Origin: the human T2T-CHM13v2.0 reference genome, Homo sapiens
Reading direction: 5' to 3' (one strand)
DNA: 64,000 bases
Assembly (NCBI RefSeq): GCF_009914755.1
Contig: NC_060928.1
Shown here: piece by piece, positions 45,120-58,500 of the stretch
Numbering within the stretch: position 1 is the first letter of the stretch
How the letters are laid out: each line of letters starts with the position of its first letter
Notes under the pieces: model-generated
What the model was told of the DNA's origin: nothing
Databases searched by the model: none
The model's input: only the letters and a program-made list of their open reading frames with translations
Translations under genes and position numbers: made by a program

Positions 45120-47636
45120 TGTGATACAGGCTGGCTAAACGCTTTCAATTTCCCTATTCAGGTTATATAAGAAGATTGTATGTTTCATCATTCCTACAGA
45201 TCCATTAGTCTATGTCACTGGTTTCCAGCCAAAGGTATCAGGGTAGAAGTGATGCATATCACTTCCAAACCTAAACCATATATCTCCATGATTACCCACT
45301 CCCATTCTTTCTCTTCTCTGATAAATTCAAAAGCCATATTTATAATATAATAGCAGCAGGAGAACTCTGCATTTTTTTTGTTTTTGGTTGGAGTGTCAAA
45401 TTATCTGTATCAGAGTGACTGGTGAGCAAAAGCAAACCTTTATCATGTTAAGTCTGAAATGTCTGAGTTTATTTATTAAGGCTCCTATCCTTAACTTTCT
45501 ATACTGATTACTAAGTTATTACCTCTCGGCCCTAAACCCATTTTTCTATATTCTACCTCAAGATCCTAAAGCTGGGAGCCTTCAAACCAGATTTCTTCTT
45601 TGCCACTAACTTTTTGGTTGGGTTCTGCCAATGGTAGTCCTGAAGGCAACTAGAGGTCGGGAGGAGAAAGGACTCATTCTTGTTTATCCTGTTTCTGTCA
45701 GTGTCATTCCAGGAATGCTTCTTTAGATCAGCAGTGGACGTTGGGTCCAGTTTCTAAGCTTATTTCACACTTGCTGAACTATCTTTATTGCACCACCACC
45801 ACCCCAGATGTATAAAAATAGAGAAGTGCACCCCCTTCAGGGGTCTGGGTCCTAGATCCACAGGATCCCACCTCTGAACCCCTGAGGTATCTGTATCTGG
45901 GGAGATGTACTCCTCCTCAGAGGCCCGAGGCACAGTTTTGAGGGGCTTGTCCTCTAGCCTTTCAGGTTCTAACAATTCCAGCCTCCTCCCTCTGTTACTC
46001 TTCTGTATGAGTGGTTTTTACTTCTTCAGACATTAAAGTTGTGAACCTTTTTGACATTTTAGCTTTCCAATACCAGATTAAATACTTTTGCATATTATAT
46101 TCTGTTTGTTAAAACTGCTGGTTTTCTTTCTGTTTTCCTGACTGTACTCCAATTTTTATGCTACTGAAATACAGAAATTTGAAGCCAAAGCCTATGCTAC
46201 CATAGCAAAAATCTAAAATATACAGCATTTCTTTAATAGCTGGGCAATGGGCAGAAAGGAAACTGATTTCAAAGGTAGAAAGCCTTCTAGTTGCATAATG
46301 TTTTGTCAAAACTCTTGGCAAAACTGCTGTTTGAATTAACTAGAGAGGCACTGAGTCTGCTGGGCTGGCAATACTCAAAAGAGATTGGAAAACAAAACTT
46401 TAATAGTGTGTGTTGACTATTACTGGCTACGTTTGGCAGGGTATTACAAGAGAAACATTGAGCGGCTAGTGTGAAGGCAGATACGTAGAGAAACAGAATA
46501 CAGAAGTTTCCAGGACTTATTGAGCAAAATGGCTGGCTTCTTCTAAAGCCCAAATGGTGGAACATGACATTGATGAAGGCATTGAACAACAAAGGTCCAG
46601 TGAAAAGTTCCATTTGTGTAACAGACTCAAGGCAAACCCTGCTAAGATCTCAGGGAATTGTACTAAAACCCCATGATTCCGGAATATAACACTTAAATGT
46701 TTAAAACTTAAAATAACTCTAGGTCCCATTATCTTCCCCAAACAGGAAAAAAAAATTAAGGTAATATAGTTCTCAATAGGCACTTCAAACATGGTTAAGT
46801 AGAATAACGGAAAAAGAGAAACATCTGAGAAGTCATTTCCAGAGGCTAGAGGGAACTATGGACAAGGAAGATATCCCAGAGAGGTGGTCAGAGCTTATTC
46901 AAAGATCCTCTCTGACCTCTAGATTGGGAGACTTTATAATGTCTTTCCAGCAGGATTGTGCCTGTGATTGACATGTGTACCTGATTCTTTCTCTATCCAA
47001 GAATCATGGTTTATTGTGGATTCCCTTTTCCTATGCTTCTCTTTTATATTGGGTGTGTGGGAAGTGGATTGCAAAATGCAGGTAATTTGTTCATGGGTGA
47101 TTCATTTTCATCATTTGATGAGGACAATGGCTAACCAGAGATCACGGATTTGTGCTGAAATTAGTGACTGAAAGAATTTGAGTTGTCACTCGTGAAGAGT
47201 AATAATCTCTTTTCTGGAGATAATGGAACATGACATGAATATCTGGTGACCAGTAAAATGGACTGTGGCAGAGATGGGCTAGATGCCCACTAATTCCATC
47301 TCCTTTTCCTGGCCACATAGAAAGGCCTCCCTTGCAACTCAGTTGGGCCTGAAATGGAAGGACGTCCTTGCATACAAGGTTGCTCCATAATGGCCCATGC
47401 TCGATGTTCCACACAATCTCTTCCATTTCCCCTGTGGCCATGTGCTTACAAAGGCAGCATCAAAAGATGGAAGGAGTCTGGATTTTTAAATCATGATTTG
47501 GCAGTGAACCTCCAAGGAGAGCTGGCCAACACACATCAGCCCATAACACAAGGAAGAAATCTCTTATTTTATATGTTAAGAAACTGAGATTTGGGGGTTT
47601 TATGTTAAAGTGTATAGAGGTTATCCCTGTAATACA
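45120..47636 (+). mobile_element. Ancient MaLR relic: MLT1-type LTR (~45120-45510), internal region (~46160-47260), second LTR (~47263-47636)
   Basis: Both LTR-like segments share tttat..tgttaag..ctga.at..g.g.gttt 3' motifs. gtagaagtgatgcatatcacttcca motif in the first and ggac|tgtggcag junction before the second. Confidence 0.55.
45512..46160 (+). mobile_element. LTR33-like LTR
   Basis: ggttctgccaatggtag..ctgaagg motif and 3' tggttttctttctgttttcctgactg. Confidence 0.55.
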
Positions 47637-48401
47637 GCATTAGATTTAATTACTGGATTTAATTCCATTGGTAACTTGATATCTTTTTCTTTATATTAAA
47701 ATTATTTAAATGTGAAGAAAATGTCATCAAGAAATTGAGATTATGAGGTGTAGTAGAAAAAGCATTGTTTTGAGAAGTCCCATTCCTAGTAACCCTTTTA
47801 TTATTTACTAGATAAGTGGCACTAGGAATGTCAATTAATTTTCCTGGGCCATGGTGCAAGCTGTAAAATGAAGATGTCATTAGGTTTATTATTAGGTTAC
47901 CCAATTATAGGCAGAAAGCCAGTCCAAAAATTTGCTCACAGTTTTTATGGTTTTTGATCTGCGATTCCATGAGATAGGAGTTAAGCACTAAAGCACAGAA
48001 GCAGTAATTTTTTCTTACTTAAAAATGCTTGGTTATAGTATGATACCTGACAAAGTGCAGCTGTACGCATAAATATTATGTAATACAATGTTTTAGTAGT
48101 GTTAACTCATGCCCCACAGTTTTGTGCTATCCAAGTGTAACACATAAGTCATTTTAGAGTGAGACGAGATAATGCAGATGACAATTTCAAAAGGAAACCA
48201 TTCCCTAAAACTTTGAATACCCAGTAGTTTTGCACATATCTCTCCATACCTTCAGCCCTCCCCTTACAATCTAAGGGTGGGATTTAAGCAAGATCCTCAC
48301 TTCTCTTTCTATGTTTTATCAAGTGAAAGCCTATTCTTTCAGATGATTTCTCTTAATATCAACTCACTAAGGTTAATTCAAGGTCGCTATTTCTATGTAA
48401 C

Positions 48402-48763
48402 TGCTAAGGTCTGAATATTTGTATCCTCCCAAAATTCATGTCAAAATCCTAACCCCCAAGGTGATGGTATTAGGAGGTGGAGCCTTTGGGAGGTGATTAG
48501 GTCATGAGAGTGGGGCCCTCATAAATGGTATTAGTGCCATTATAGAAGAAGCCTGAGGGAGCTTGTTTGCCCCTTCCAACATGTAGGGACACAGTGAGAA
48601 GGCACCATCTATGAATCAGAAAAGCAGGCCCTCACCAGACACCAAAACAGCCAGCACCTTAATCTTGGACTCCAGACTTTAGAACTGTGAGAAATAAATT
48701 TTTGTTTTTTATAAGTTACCAGTTTATGGTATTTTGTAATAGCAGCCCAAACATACTAAGATA
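48402..48763 (+). mobile_element. MLT1A-type MaLR solo LTR
   Basis: tgctaaggtctgaat...cccaaggtgatggtattaggaggtgg...agaactgtgagaaataaattt...atagcagcccaaacatactaagata. Confidence 0.9.
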
Positions 48764-49628
48764 GTCAAATAATAGACATTGTAAAATAAAACAAAATAAA
48801 CAGTAAAAAATACCCTAAATGATTCTTTGTTCATATTTACTTATATGTTCAACTGCTAATAAATCAGGCTAATCAAAACACTTTCATTCTTGTAAAAAGG
48901 TAAAACAATCATTAAAATATATCTAATATTAGTTTAAAACTTGGAAACCGAATGGAATTTTCCTCCTTTAAATTAAAATGAAGAATGTTACAGCCAAATC
49001 GAAACAAAGAACATTTAAAATTCCTTTTGCTAATGAGTGCTTTGTCCTAATCCCTGGAAAATGATAGCTAGTTAAAGCTCAGCATTTAAACTTATCGCAG
49101 AAAACAAAACATGAAGGAGCACATTCTTGAATTGGTCTTCAAAATATTTTTGCAATTGTGTAATTCACAATTTGTTGTGAAAATTATAATTTTTGATTCT
49201 ATTACTGAGACATTTTTAGAAAAAATATAGAAAAATACAGAAAGTAGGATTCTGATTTTCTTTAAATCATCTTTAGATGACTCTGTACTTACTTTTCTTC
49301 CAAAGGTTTCATTACGCAGTATAGAATCCAAGAACATAAACTTTAATTTAAATATTTTTAAGGTCACTAACATAATAAATGGATGATGTCCAAACTAACA
49401 AAAAGAGAAACAGTTGTTTAATTGGAATTAAACTCTAATATTATATGTCACTAAGGTATTTTTATTAGTTTACTAACTAACCAAATCTATATGAATATAT
49501 TATATAATACAAATGCAAATACTGTTGTAAACAACGATAACATTTACTTATAAGGTCATCCTCTCCACATTTCTTTAGCATTCTATTTACATATAAGCCA
49601 ATTTGAGGTAAAGTAACTTTCCACTCAC

Positions 49629-49739
49629 CAATGTGGAGGTTTGTGAGGCGTCAGCCAAATCCCCTGAGATCTCGGGTGTTCGCGTGTTGTTTGGAATTCT
49701 GTGAGGGTTACGGGCTATCGCTTCACACCAGCCCAGCAT
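49629..49739 (-). CDS. MARCHF1: First coding exon of E3 ubiquitin-protein ligase MARCHF1 (MARCH1), residues 1-37
   Basis: Minus-strand translation [37 protein letters not shown] matches the MARCHF1 N-terminus as I recall it. ATG at 49739 has A at -3. The segment is 111 nt and ends in phase 0 at a strong donor TTG|GTGAGT (GT at 49628-49627). Local CpG retention stands out in a CpG-poor background. Confidence 0.95.
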
Positions 49740-49777
49740 TTTCTCCTTCCTCTTATCCCTTTTCAATTTCTGAAATT
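49740..49777 (-). other. MARCHF1: 5'UTR portion of the MARCHF1 start-codon exon (most likely acceptor AG at 49779-49778)
   Basis: Minus strand reads ttattttcag|aatttcagaaattgaaaagggataagaggaaggagaaaATG. A candidate branch point gTGAC (A at 49808) lies 30 nt upstream. Alternative AGs are at 49799-98 and 49771-70. Confidence 0.75.
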
Positions 49778-52314
49778 CTGAAAATAATTTACATTCCCTG
49801 AAACAGGTCACTTATTTTAGCTGTGTTTTGGAAAATACATATAATCAAAATTAAATCAACAATATAACAAAACACTAATTGAGACTTTTTTAAAAAAACC
49901 AGGGGTTACAAGGAGGAAAAGAAGAATATGCTGATTATTACTAATATCCTAGAGTCACAGGACAATAGAAAGAGTATACATCTTTTCAAAGGGCCTAACA
50001 TCTTTTATATCTCTCTTTGTGACACTAGTAGACAATGAGAATTCCTTGTGCCAGGTTCTAAGTGTTATTTTCAGAGATCAGCTTATAACAGTAAGTCCTT
50101 ACTTCAAGAAATAAGAATAGACCTGGTTCCTGATAATATCTACATATTTCAATGACATCTAAAATTTGGCATAGCTTTTCAGCTAAATGTCCTACAGAAG
50201 CCGAATAAATCGAATACAGGCCAGTGACAAATATTACTCATTCTGGCAGTGCCATGATTTTCTCTCTTATAAAGTTCTGCCATCTGAAAAAAAATTTACT
50301 GCAAGTATAATAAATTAAGTATATGACATCTATCACCAGTACAATCTATTCAAAAGTAATAATTTAAAACAATCCTTACTATGTCATGAGTAGAAATATT
50401 CCACAACTCTTTCTAGACTTCTAGAACTTCTTATTTGGGGGAATGTTTTGTCTCTGAAAAAGTCATATCAACAATGACTTTTAACATAATGGAGAAACAT
50501 TGTTTCCCCTGTAAAGTTTTACAGCCTACTTTTCCACTCCACCACCCTCAGTAATTAGAAATAGTTTATTGCAGGTCTTTAGTTAAATGCATTACACTGT
50601 CAATTAAATATCAAAAATAATGTGGAGTAATTATTTTTCACAGCATCCAAAGCAATTAGCAATCTGGTCATTTATAACATTTCAGAGATTCAAAACTGCA
50701 CATTTCATAGCACTAAGAAAAGTAACATAAGAACGGTTGCACTAACAGATTTCTGAGTTATTAATCTAAATGACAAAATACTCAAGTTAAATGCATCTGA
50801 ACAATGTAAATACGAAAGTGATAAAAAAGATCTTTTATTAAAAATGTCTAAGATACTCAACAGAATGGATTTCTTAATAAAACCAGCAATCTAATATGAG
50901 TGACTCATTCAATTGAGGTACAGAGAAATGATAAAGGGAACTTGAAAACAATTGTTTGAATGGGCAACAAATTATTAGTGCTTGGCCTTTCAAACACATT
51001 GCTTGAGATTTATGTAAAATTGTGATCTATTCAATACAAAATCTGCATATTTAATTTGCACTCTACAGAAAGTAAATATTTCCTCATTCCCAGTAACACT
51101 ATCTTGGTTAATCATCAGCTTTTAATTGCATTTCTTGAAGTGTGCTAAGAGTAAATGAAAATGAGGATCTTTATTCAAAGGCAAGGAGTGAAATGATACA
51201 TAATGACCAAAGCAGTTTAATCAAGTATAAACAAATGTTCTACTTCTAAATTATTTACCATTTTGTCAATTTTAACTCTATAATTAAATATCACTTTAGT
51301 ACTTATAATAAAATGCTAAATTCATTCATGAATGAAGAACATAATTGTGTGGCCCACAAAATTATGACACCATCAGTATCCATTCTGAGATGTGTTTGTA
51401 AAGGTAGCCAACTTCTTATTTCCCATTTAGATTCTTTTTGATGCTGTGGTGGCAGTAGCTTTGTCATTTCTTATACTCAGTCAACATTAATCCACAAATA
51501 TATTTTAGGTACTGAAGCAGGAATAGTAGTCATAAGAAGAGGATAACTTTCATTTTTGATGTGATTTGGGTTCAGTGCATCGATCTATTCTAGAGAATTT
51601 TAAAGTCCATGAACCACTGGGATCTTTCTGATCTCTAATTTTTAGATCTGTATGCTTACTTGCACAACTCTAAGGTGACTGCCTGCTCCCCCTAATCATG
51701 TCTTCCTTGAAGCTGGCCTGTGCAAATCATCTTTTCGAACTGTTTTGCTGGACAGCTGTCAACAAATCATCATGAAAAAAGCTATAAACTTTTGGCTACA
51801 CCTGCTGAAGTATTATAACAAAATGCCAACTGCATTCTAGTTTTCTATTGCATATAACTGTCATTATCTTATTTTAGGATTATTAGCTAGGCTAAATAAT
51901 TCAGAAAGTTAAAATACATACTTTTAATATAAATAATATGTTAATAATAATCATTGAATACTATCCATGGACATTGTACAGGCTATTTTAAGAAAGCAGA
52001 CAAGAAACGAGATACATTGCTAGGGACTGCAAAGTTTATAATTTAGTTTGAACTTATTGGAATGTTTATAAAGACAGTTAAGCGTGTGAAATGAGAGAGA
52101 GCAATCTAACTACACAGCTTCACTTCAGCTTTTTATTATATTAATGTAGAATCTATGAAAACAATAAAAATGCCTGTGATAGTTGCATTTCTACATCTGG
52201 ACATTCATTTCATATCCAAGAGATAAAGTTTGTTTAATGACTTCCTCTAAATAATATGCATCTTCTGAGTTGTCAGGTATGTTAGAATCACAGCATCATC
52301 TCCTGGAGAAGTCA

Positions 52315-52661
<347 letters not shown>

Positions 52662-53359
52662 ATAGTCTCAAAAGAAGCAGCATGAGTATAGGTGCAAATC
52701 AGAAGGGAGAGAGAGAAAAAAAAAAAAACAAGGAAAGACCGTTGCCTTAAATCCCTGTTGGTAAGGGAGAGTTATAATTGCCCAATAACAATATGTTCTT
52801 TTCTGTTATCACAAAACACTTAAAGTTTGGATCACATTTCAAAAATATTTTCTTTTTTGCATTATCGATGCTACAATATAGATTCTAAAAATAGTTGAGA
52901 TGAGTTGAGAGAACTGAAGAATTGAAATGTTGATTGCTGAGCCTCTGTAGACCAGCCTTCTTCCTACACAGGTCTGGAGTACTCATCATATTTTTAGGTG
53001 TAAGAATGTGCTGTCAGCCAGAAGGGTAGGCAAATTATAAGCATTTATAATTAACCCCAAAGCACTTTAAAATGTAAGTATCATTAGTAATATACCAAAA
53101 TAGGAAAGTGGTCATTAAGCACTCATGTTAATTGCTATCTAGTCATTGAACCAAGCTAATATGAGATACAGCAATGAGCAACTTATATAATGATCACAGG
53201 AAATTGAGATTTAACTAAGCTTAATTTTTAATATGCTACTTCAAGCAGATATTTAATTTAGTAAATAGCAGCATAGTGCATTCTCTGCGAACTACATTGA
53301 CAACAAATTAATATTAGGAAAAAATGCCAAGAAATTGGGTGTATTTTGTGGAGAATAAT

Positions 53360-53630
53360 TTACTTTTAATTCAGGAAACATCTACTGAACATTTTCTTTG
53401 TTCCAGACACCGTGCTTGCAACCTTTGGTACAGAGAGAGAAAAGACCCAGAGCTTACAATTAGGAGGGGAAACAGAGAAGTAACCCAGTTTTTGTAAGAC
53501 AGTGTGATAGGAGCTATGATAGCAGTATACTGAGCACTATGAAAATGTTGAGAAAAGACATTTAACTTAGCATCAGATGCAGGGGATGGCTGATTTTGGA
53601 AGACTTTCCAAAGAAAGTAACAATTACAAG
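53360..53630 (-). mobile_element. L2 3' end fragment
   Basis: aacatctactgaac...ccagacaccgtgct...gagcttacaatt...acagtgtgataggagctatgatag. Confidence 0.7.
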
Positions 53631-54975
53631 TAATTTACATGAAAGTTAAAATTGTTAGTACTCTAAAGGCTTCTGTCACTACAAGCTGTGTTGCACAACT
53701 CCGGGGGGTGGTGGGGGGGCATCATCCACATTGCAATCCATGTAAATGGCACTGTACTCTAAGGAATGCTTTCCATATTAAACACCATGAGCATGGTACG
53801 CCTAGAACTGTGCAACCTGGCAGCCCTGCTGGGCTGATTTCTCCAAGTGAAGCTTATTCTACTCACTTTATTTTACCCCAAGGCTAATGTAATTTAATCT
53901 TAAACGCAGAGATTTGTTTGCCACAGGAAAATGCAGTTGCCTACCTGTATTTATCTCTCTGTCTCCTCAACTATTTCCTTCCTCAAATTTGCCCATTCCA
54001 TATCTTATCTAGTTGTGCAGTTATGATTAAGCTGAATGCTCCCTCTCTTTACCACATGCATAGAACTGAGAAAGTGCCCACCTTCCCTATTCTCAAATTT
54101 GAGACTTGAGAATGGTCTTGTCTAAGAATGTGAAGGGCTGCTAAACGGAAAATTTTAGAGATTTTATGTATTTATTTAGCTAATGTGTCATTAAGAAACA
54201 TGTCTCAACTATTAGCCCATCACCTAAATAATAATAAAGTTCAGTTTCCATTATGAAAGGAACAACTTGCAATTAGAGAAGTGAAAATGTGTGAGCCTGT
54301 GTGTGTTCTAAGAGTTACTCACTATATATTGAGAAAACTCTAACATTCATGCCTATCACTCACATTTGCTGCTGCTGTGGACCTCTGAGTGGATGTTTTC
54401 ACGTGCTCACACACAGTCCTTACACATGAATTGTTCCTAAAGACTTGGGGTTCCAATGACCGCTAAGGACTTCTTGCTTGGGTTGAATTCTGCAAGAACA
54501 GATTACTGTATATGATAAATTTATTGCTGTGTACTGCAGATGTGTCCTGGGGGTCTTTTTAATTTCTGCAAGTAGGATGTTAGGTGTCTCAAATGGAGAG
54601 AGAAGTTCATAGTTGTATTCTAGGATGTGGAAGAGCAACTGAAATAGAATCCAATAAGTAATTGTTGATGATACAATGAATAAGAAGGTAAAGAGGAGTT
54701 CTTTTCTGAATAATCATGACTTGTAATGAAGGCTTAAATTCTTGGTGCTTTTAGCTTAGACTATCTGAAATATATATTTAGTGTACAGATTTCTTTTAAA
54801 AAATTTTGCCTCTACCTTGCAATTACTTTTAAAACCACTAACCTTTCTATGAATTCAGATAAGCTACCCTCACCTTGTAAGGTGGCATGATGGTGAATGA
54901 AGAAACGGCACAATACAAGGAAGTAGGGCTCTCATTCTCTCCTCTATTGAGGCAGTGCAGAGAGAAAAGCTTTTT

Positions 54976-55278
<303 letters not shown>

Positions 55279-55584
55279 TGAAAAGAGAGTACTGGTAGCA
55301 ATATGAGCCACTGTCCTGGAGATCCTCAGGAACAGGAAGGAGAGGCTTCTAGGTAGGTAACTTTGGAGAAACTATAACAATAGTGACTCTTCCAATCCTC
55401 ATTATACTAAGAGATGTAAGTGACCCCAAAGAGAGAATGAAACTCCCACATAAATAGTTACACCCAGAGATGGGGCAGTTGGTGTTCTTAAGTGATGACT
55501 GAAAATCTTCCTTATGGAATTGACTGTGTTAGTGTGGAACTCAGCACACAGCTTGGGCCAATCTTGTAGACATAAAAATGAAAT

Positions 55585-58500
55585 GTAGAGACTTCCAGTT
55601 TAAGCTATGACATGTAAAGAGTTTGGAAGTCATCACTCCCATTCTTATAAAATGAGAAAGCTGCATAAAACCTGAAAATAATTTTTCTTGGACCCATTAG
55701 AGAATTGAAGTTGCAGAACAAACCACTACCCCAAAAATATGGAGAGAGGAAAATATAGAGAATTATGGTCGATTTCAGAATACATGGAGAGAAGTTGATG
55801 GAGCCCTAACGGGGTAGAAATTCTTAAGCTGTATCTTCGATATATTATTGGAGACACAGTAGGGATTAGATTGAAAGTGAGGACTTCCAGGGGCTGCATT
55901 ATTAGTGGGGACTCTACACTTTCCTGGGTTTTACTGCTAAGCAACTTATCTATATTTCATGAGAATATCTGAGAAAGATACTATGGTGGTACTAGCAGGG
56001 GAAGAGGATAAGCAAACACCGTGAAATACCCCCAAACAGTCTTACAAAAAAGACTTATTCTCCAAGGGAAAATATCTTGCAGAGGTTTACTAACCCATCA
56101 GAATAAAGGGCATTTCTTCCACTCCAGGCTTTTCTACTCTTTCTGCCCTGCCTATGGTGGGGAGGGAAGCTAAGAAAAACTTGTGAAGGCCACAGCCGAG
56201 AAATACAGGCTCACTAAAAGACTTTGATTGAATCATAAAGTTACAGAATACTTCTCCTCTACTGTAACTTACCATGATACCAACAAGGCTTAAGGTAAAA
56301 CAGTGATGTATAGCTTAAAGAACTGCAAGATGCACACTCTCTTTGTGGAGGAGTACTTGGGGAGCCCAAAGGCAACAGGATAGACAAATAGTAGGGCACT
56401 ACAAGAATTCTATAGCTAGAGTAAACATTAAATACAGCCCAACTTCTAGCCGGAATAACACAGAAACTCCCATTACCTCAGTTTCTACTGCCTGATGTAT
56501 CATGTTTGGCTTTCTACAACAACAAAAAATTACGAAGCATGCTAGAAAGCTGGCAAAAACAGTGAAGAGATATAAAAAAAGCACTGGAACCAAATCAAAT
56601 ATGACACAGATAATAGGTCAAGGAATTTAAAATATCTATGATTAATATATTAAGGACTATACTGGAAAAAGGAGACAACATCAGGAACAAATGGGGAATG
56701 TTAGCCCAGAGAAGGAAGCTCTAAGAAAGTATCCACAAATGGCTAGAAACCAAAACATTGTAACAAAAATGAAGAATACCTTTGGTGGGCTCATCAGTAG
56801 TCTGAAAGTGCCCAAGAAAGGTGTCAATGAGCTTGATGACAGAGAAACTTCAGAACTGAAATGAAAAGAGAACAAAGAATGGAGAAAAGAAAACGCAGAA
56901 CATCCAAGAACTGTGGTATAATTTTTAAATTTGTAACATATGTACAACCAGAATACCAGAAGAAGAAAAAAGAGATAATAGAGCAGAAGAAGTGTTTTAG
57001 GACACAAGGTTAATATACAAAGTCAACTGCTTTCCTGTATACCTATATACAATCAATGCACAATTGAAATTTGAAATTAATAAATTAATACTTTTAACAG
57101 CATCAAATATTATCTAGGTATAAATATAACAATTTTACAGGATTTATATAAAAAACTGTAAAACTGATTTAAAAATCAAAGAAAATCTAAATAATAGCAG
57201 AGACATTCTGTGTTCATGGATGGGAAGAATCAACATTGTTAACATATTAATTCTTCCCAACTTGAGCTATACATTTCATACAATCTGAATAAAAATCCTA
57301 GAAAAGTATTTTATAGATAGTGATACACTTATTCTAAAGTTTACGTAGAAAGGCAAAATACCTACACTAGTCAAGGCAATACTGAAGAAAAACAAAGTTG
57401 GAGAACTCACACTACCCAGTTCCAAAATTTACTATAAAGTTACAGTAATCAAGACAGTGTGGTGTTGGAAAAAAAGTAAATATATAAGACAATAAAACAG
57501 AGATTTTAGAAATAGACTCATGAATAGAGTCAACTCATCTTTGAAGAAGGACCAAAATCAATTCAAGAGAAAGACTAATCTTTTCAGTCAATGGTTCTGG
57601 AACAATTGGACATTCATATGCAAAAAAATGACTCAACACAGATCTTATACTTTTCACAAAAATTAACTGAAAATGAATCATAAACTTAAAGGTAAATGCA
57701 AAACTGTAAACCTCTACAAAGAAACAGAAAATGTGGGTGACCTTGGGTTTAGCAATGAGGTGGTAGATACAACGCTAAAATCATGATTCATGAAAGAAAA
57801 AATGTTGATAAGTTGGAATTTGTTAAAATTATAAACTTGTACTTTATGAAAGACTCTTAAGAGAATTAAAAGACAAGCCACAGACTGGGAAAAATACTTG
57901 CAAAATGCATATTGAGTAAAGGACTTGTATTCCAAACATACAAAGAACTCTTAAAACTCAACAATTAGAAAGTGAAGTATCTAATAAAAATAAGCAAATA
58001 ATCTGAACAGACATTTCAATAAAGAAGATATACAAATGGATACCAAGAATACGAAAAGATGCTCAACATTATATGTCATTAAGGAATTGCAAATTAAAAC
58101 AACGAGATGCCACTACATACCTATTAGAGTGGCTAAAATGCAACAAATTGATAATACCAAATACTGACAAGGATGCCAAGCAACAGGTATTCTTTTCCAT
58201 TGCTCGTGGGAATACAAAATAGTACAGCCATCTTAGAAGACAATTTGGTCAATTTGGTAGTTTACTAATGAAGGTAAACATAATCTTATCATACAATCCA
58301 GCAACTGCACTTACAGCTATTTACCCAACTGATTTTTAAAATTTATGTCTCATGAAAACATGCACACATATGCTTATAGGAGTTTTATTCATAATCACCA
58401 AAAACTGGAAGCAACAAACATGCCCTTCAATAGGTGAATGGATAAACAAATTGTGGTACATTCATACATCATATCATTCAGTAATTAAAGGAAATTACCT

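Noticed and set aside
49455-49470. Minus-strand AATAAA ~160 nt past the donor as an intronic poly(A) site
   Set aside because: The hexamer is very frequent in this AT-rich DNA and there is no further support.
49587-49811. 74-aa ORF as a standalone small protein
   Set aside because: Only residues from MLGW to STL are exonic. The flanks are intron/UTR read-through across clear splice sites.
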